A DNA stretch of 64,000 nt from Bugula neritina (lineage: Eukaryota > Animalia > Bryozoa): the NCBI GenBank assembly GCA_964035545.1, contig OZ037767.1, positions 17,605,781 to 17,669,780 of the forward strand. Reading direction: 5' to 3'. The notes below the pieces were generated by a model, which searched no databases, was not told where the DNA came from, and saw only the letters and a list, made by a program, of their open reading frames with translations. Below are positions 49,076 through 64,000 of this stretch, in pieces. The stretch's first letter is position 1; the number at the start of each line of letters is the position of its first letter. The position numbers and the translations under genes were made by a program.

Positions 49076-52000
49076 TTAGGGTTTACTTGAACTTGCAGAT
49101 GTTGGTTTCTTCAGGAGATCGGGATCTACAAGTTATAATAAAGTATATAACAAGGTGTAGTGTCATATGAGTTAAAGTTACAAACTTGCACTGCACACGT
49201 TATGTCATTGAGTTTGAAATATAGTAGAGTGTGATAATGTCACAGAGGAGAGTGTGATGTCACAGAGTAGAGTGTGATGATGTCACAGAGGAGAGTGTGA
49301 TGATGTCACAGAGGAGAATGTGATGATGTCACAGAGGAGAGTGTGATGATGTCACAGAGGAGAGTGTGATGTCACAAAGGAGAGTGTGATGATGTCACAG
49401 AGGAGAGTGTGATGTCATAGAGTAGAATATAATTATTATAAGGATAGATGTCTGCTAGAATTAATGCTTTTAAAAAGAAATCACTCAGCATTGTTTCAGT
49501 AGCTTTCAAGTCAGAATTTAAATCATTGAGCTGGTAACTGGAAGACTTGTAGAAAGTCACTAAAAAGTCATTGTGATAAACTGTTTTTCTGGAACTGTTC
49601 TAAATTATGACATGTTGTGATTCTTTCAGTGTAAAACTTCTATGGTCATGACAACTGCATAATACTGGTTTTGTGAGCAATTGTTACTGTATGAAATGAA
49701 GGGAAGGTTTGGTACTTTAGTAAACCATGAAGCATCCAAAGAGAGAGAGGTTACGGTGCTGTATACATGCTGAAATTGAAGCAGCTCAATCAATCACCTG
49801 TCATGGCATTATATTGTAATGAAATACTGAGAAAAGCATGCAAAGTAGCTGTTATTGTTAAGCATAAAACCGAGGGGGTTAGAGAGCATGCACTTTTTAC
49901 CTAACTGGAACTCATTTCTTTTGAGGTGTCTCTGAAAACCCACATGAAAACACTTGATAAACTAGTGACATGAAAACACAATAAACTAGTGACATATAAA
50001 ACACCACATATTCATAGCATTCATGTACCAGATGGTGACAGTAATAGTGTATAACACAACTATATTCAACAGTACATATGTACACTCAGCCCTATGGTTT
50101 CAGTGTCACTGTAAGTGACCAGTTTCCGGCCAATTAGATTAACAGATGTAATTCGCGAAGAAAGGCGAGCAATACCACAGCTACATGGATCTTACTAGGA
50201 GGTTCCAACAGTTTAGCCCAAATGGGAGCCAAGGAATCTTCAAAGTCTTTTCTCTGTTGTATGAAGTCATTGGTGGTGGCGTCTGGGTTTGCCTCCAGCC
50301 ACTGAGTCTTCTCATTGCATGTGTTGACAGTAACTTGCTGTATGGGAGAACAAGAGGATGGTGAGAGAGAGAGTAGCATATTCAACGTCACAAATTATGT
50401 ATTCCAGACAACCTTTAAAATATCCTAAATGTTTAAAACTTGAAATATTACGAAGTCTAGACCTTGTCATCTCGTGAGAAACGTCCTTGAATCTTTTCAG
50501 GATCTGCGAGAGTGTCTTTAGCTTCCTGTATGCTCGTCACCAGAGCTTCACGTGCCTCTAAAAGTATAGTAACTTTATATACCAACAGTCTATATACCAA
50601 CAGTCTATATACTACAGTCTATATACTACAGTCTATAATCTATATACTACAGTCTATATACTAGCAGTGTATAGACTAGCAGTGTATAGACTAGCAGTCT
50701 ATATACTAACAGTCTATATAATAACAGTCCATACCTACTATGATAGCAAACATTACCTGCCCAGTCCAGGTAGTCTACACACTCCATATGGCTATACCTA
50801 AGAGCACCCTCTCTTGCTCTTTCTCCATAACTTGTTCTAGCCTGCATATCTGCTCCATTCTCCACCAACTGTTTCACTATGTCAACTTTACCCCAGTGAG
50901 CAGCACGATGGAGAGCTGTAATACCTGTAATAGCAGTTCAGTGGTTACTGTATGAACATGGTTAGTAGTTACTGTATGAACATGGTTAGTGGTTACTGTA
51001 TGAACATGGTTAGTAGTTACTGTATGAACATGGTTAGTGGTTACTGTATGAACATAGTTAGTGGTTACTGTATGAACATGGTTAGTGGTTACTGTATGAA
51101 CATGGTTAGTAGTTACTGTATGAACATGGTTAGTAGTTACTGTATGAACATGGTTAGTGGTTACTGTATAAACATGGTTAGTGGTTACTGTATGGACATG
51201 GTTAGTGGTTACTGTATGAACATGGTTAGTGGTTACTGTATGAACATGGTTAGTAGTTACTGTATGAATATGGTTAGTGGTTATACTGTATGAATATGGT
51301 TAGTGGTTACTGTATGAACATGGTTAGTGGTTACTGTATGAACATGGTTAGTGGTTACTGTATGAACATGGTTAGTGGTTACTGTATGAACATGGTTAGT
51401 GGTTACTGTATGAGCATAGTTAGTGGTTACTGTATGAACATGGTTAGTGGTTACTGTATGAACATGGTTAGTGGTTACTGTATGAACATGGTTAGTGGTT
51501 ACTGTATGAACATAGTTAGTGGTTACTGTATGAACATGGTTAGTGGTTACTGTATGAACATGGTTAGTGGTTACTGTATGAACATGGTTAGTGGTTACTG
51601 TATGAACATAGTTAGTGGTTACTGTATGAACATGGTTAGTGGTTACTGTATGAACATGGTTACTGGTTACTGTATGAACATGGTTAGTAGTTACTGTATG
51701 AACATGGTTAGTGGTCACTGTATGGTCATGGTTAGTAGTTACTGTATGAACATGGTTAGTGGTTACTGTATGAACATGGTTAGTGGTTACTGTATGAACA
51801 TGGTTAGTGGTTACTGTATGAACATGGTTAGTAGTAATGATGGTAGTCACAACATGTCAAATGACTTAGGAAGTCTAGGAAGAAGCTTATGGCAGATAAA
51901 TATTTCTCATTGGTCAATATGGCTGCTTGCCGAACTCAACAGTCAGCTATTCTCAGACTATTTACCTTTGACAGTAGCAGCATTAACCTCTGCTCCACGA

Positions 52001-52392
52001 GCCAACAGCTCCTTTACCATCTCTAACCTTCCAAGTGAAGAGGCAATGTCCAATGGAGACCGAGCTTCACTGTCTCTCTGGTTAACTTGATCTGTTATCA
52101 CCTAGCTCAACATCACCAACATTTAATAGCTTCTATTTGATTTGAACCAGAAGGGTTACATGATACCTTATCTATAAACAGTATAGAAACAAGTCTGCTC
52201 AGAATTTGTTGTTTAGAGTGAGCTTACCTCATGGTACGGGTCTTCCTCACTGTCAAAGCAAGTAATAAATCTCGTGACACTGCCTTTCATTGCACACTGA
52301 TAGGCAACATTCACAGTCAAGTCAGGGCCAGGTTCTTCTGTAGTCTCACTCAAAAGGCCTGAGTCAGCAGGCACAGCAGCAAGTGTTGTCAT
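49076..52392 (-). CDS. ANKRD45: Ankyrin repeat domain-containing protein 45
   Basis: MTTLAAV...EEDPYHE|...ELLARGAEVNAATVK|GITALHRAAHWGKVDIVKQLVENGADMQARTSYGERAREGALRYSHMECVDYLDWA|EAR...DPEKIQGRFSRDDK|QVTVNTCNEKTQWLEANPDA...DFEDSLAPIWAKL. The last exon (49076-49125) is predicted and less certain; an unspliced read-through stop lies at 50134. Confidence 0.85.
50938..51836. repeat. 24-nt intronic minisatellite (ANKRD45)
   Basis: Unit gttactgtatgaacatggttagtg, about 37 copies. Confidence 0.9.
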
Positions 52393-54408
52393 TATTAAAA
52401 CAAACCGTTGCTGCAATTAAAGCAACAATATAATTTTAATTTAAATCAGTTAGTCAATAACTATAATAAAAATAAAAATAATTATTAGAAGTTAGAATAC
52501 TTAATCTTCTTTTATTAGCCATACTTGTTGACATATTGATATTATCATAATATATATGATAGAAATCTCAAACGGGTTTAGTTAACAATTATTTAATGAG
52601 CTAAGAATTGCATCCAAAGCATTACCTATTTAAAAATTACAGTGGCTATAAAGTCCACAATCACCAATGGTTGAAAAATTAGGCGCAATATTCAGACTTG
52701 GTCAGTGGATAGTGCCTAGTAGTAGTACTAGACCTAGTACTAGTAGCAGCAAATGCAATCAACTGCAAGTTAACTACTGCGATGCTAATTATCCCTTCAA
52801 TAAAACTATTATGTTCTAAGAATTTTTAGAAACTGCAGCAATTAATCTTAATAACAATTTTAAATCAAAGGACTAATCTTATAAAAGACTTTACATATTA
52901 CTTTCAAAACCGGAAACGCTTGGTTAACAACAATAAGTTACTATTGAGGGTATAATCTCTAAAAGGCATTTTACAATACATTTTTCAATAAAATGTTATA
53001 ACAAAAAAACATACACACAAATTTATTGTTTATTTTGCAAAATATTTAATAAAAACTAATAAAAACAATTCACTCGTTTTAGTGCACTACTGTCACGTGA
53101 TCTACTAAAGGGAATTAAACAAAGCTGGAGTACTACCACTCAAAGTTAATGTGAATAGTATAATTATAATATTAATGTAACGTTGATTTGCTTTGACATA
53201 ACAACCAGGAAGCTTTAGGTTTGTAATATGTTTATATACAAGCTTCGTGAGTAAGTGCATAATATGAATTCAAACTTTTCTTGATTTAGATGTTCAAACC
53301 AAATGATAAACTTGAACTAAGTCACTGCCAGTGTGAGTGTCACTGGTGACTGTCAGACTCAGTGCGAGTGTCAGAAATCAAAATCGAGGCTCAGGTTAGA
53401 ATTACACTTACTGTTCGACAACGTTTGTTGCAGGTGGTGGTACTTGCACTTTGAGTCTGACTTAGCCTTACAGTCATTTTTTAATTTCTATTAGTATTAG
53501 TATTACTAGTACTAGTAGTAGTAGTACTCTACTCTCACTCTCTGGCTGTTTTTAGTAAGTCAAACTGTAAGTAGTAATGCTAGTAGTACTAGTACTAATA
53601 TAACTCATAGTAATAGTACTAGTAGTACTAGGAGCAGTAGCAGCGCCAGCAACAGTAGTAGTTTTAATTTCTTGGTAATACTCTATGACTAATACTAATA
53701 GTAATACTAATACTAATAAGTAATAGTATTAGTTGGCAATAAATTAAATCTATTGCGTTTAACCTTAGTCGTTTAAGTTTTTGAAGCATAAATGATGACC
53801 ATTATGAAATGCAAATTAATATTAGTTATCAAGTAATGGGAACTACTATTATAATTTAATAATTGATTAATTGTAAGACAATAATAAAACTGAGTCACTT
53901 TGAAGGTTAGAGTACGACTATCATTACTATTACTATGATTGTGAGTTATACTAGTACTACTAGTAATAGTACTGCTAGTCATTTCAAGTTTAATCTACTG
54001 AATCAGTAGTAGATGTAGACAGTACGTCCCTATAACTATCAGTAGCGGATAATTATATTATAATTATATTGATTTATAATATAAGGCAATAATTTAATAT
54101 AATAATTAAATGAAATTTAATGATGTAAATAAAACTATAGTAATAGAAAATAATAAATGCTATATGTAATTAATAGTGTTATAGCCCCTGCTAGTGCCAC
54201 TAGTATTACAATGACTCAGTTTTACCATTAGCTGTAGTATCAAATAGCTTTAATATACTACATCTATGAACACTAAAAGGTCATAGTTTATATTATCATA
54301 TAACTTCCTCTTGAATACTTTATGTCTTGAGATCTCCTTGTTTGTAGTACTGTGTAGCCAGAAGTTCACACTTATTTGGTTGGGGCGTTTAAGTAGGACC
54401 CTGTAAAG
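52393..54408. promoter_or_regulatory. Divergent promoter and 5'-UTR region between ANKRD45 and HECTD1
   Basis: Head-to-head genes; ETS-like ACCGGAAAC at ~52909; E-box GTCACGTGAT at 53092-53101. Confidence 0.45.
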
Positions 54409-63438
<9,030 letters not shown>

Positions 63439-63449
63439 GTGAGTCTTAA

Positions 63450-64000
63450 ATATACTTACACTATTGTGTTATATATACTTACACTACTATGTTGTATATA
63501 CTTACACTACTGTGTTATATATACTTACACTATTGTGTTATATATACTTACACTACTCTGTTATATATACTTACACTACTCTGTTATATATACTTACACT
63601 ACTCTGTTATATATACTTACGCTACTCTGTTATATATACTTATACTACTCTGTTATATATACTTACACTACTCTGCTATATATACTTACACTACTGTGTT
63701 ATATATACTTGCACTACTCTGTTATATATACTTACACTACTCTGTTATATATACTTACACTACTCTGTTATATATACTTACACTACTCTGTTATATATAC
63801 TTACGCTACTCTGTTATATATACTTATACTACTCTGTTACATATACTTACACTACTCTGCTATATATACTTACACTACTCTGTTATATATACTTACACTA
63901 CTATGTTGTATATACTTACACTACTGTGTTATATATACTTACACTATTGTGTTATATATACTTACACTACTCTGTTATATATACTTGCACTACTCTGTTA
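63450..64000. repeat. ~23-nt intronic minisatellite (HECTD1), runs off the window
   Basis: Unit tatatacttacactactctgtta. Confidence 0.9.

Noticed and set aside
50134-50560. Ankyrin protein fused to an HSP70-lid-like tail (WLEANPDA...DFEDSLAPIWAKL) as a novel fusion
   Set aside because: This C-terminus is the normal ANKRD45 architecture.

Overview
Eukaryotic DNA from an invertebrate metazoan: AT-rich, with GT-AG introns and no prokaryotic features. Hand-splicing gives nine protein-coding genes: STPG4-like (-, runs off the left edge), ZO-1/TJP1/polychaetoid (-), CCSAP (+), GPATCH11 (+), an unnamed secreted protein with about 11 antistasin-like Cys modules and a C-terminal ricin-B lectin domain (-), nuclear receptor HR3/ROR (-), ERG28 (+), ANKRD45 (-) and HECTD1 (+, runs off the right edge). 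The main unexplained signal is in the introns. Most internal introns are filled by their own private minisatellite, and in many the repeat unit contains that intron's splice site plus a few exon bases, giving chains of up to about 19 decoy donors/acceptors or AG|GT junctions. Other candidates: a 6-nt microexon plus YGCY cluster at the HR3 DBD/CTE junction, a RORE-consensus minisatellite near HR3, head-to-head HR3/ERG28, an internal ZO-1 first exon, and a ~120-aa Thr-rich insertion in HECTD1. Gene identities come from recalled family motifs, not database searches. Exon boundaries were read by eye. Repeat edges and copy numbers are approximate.
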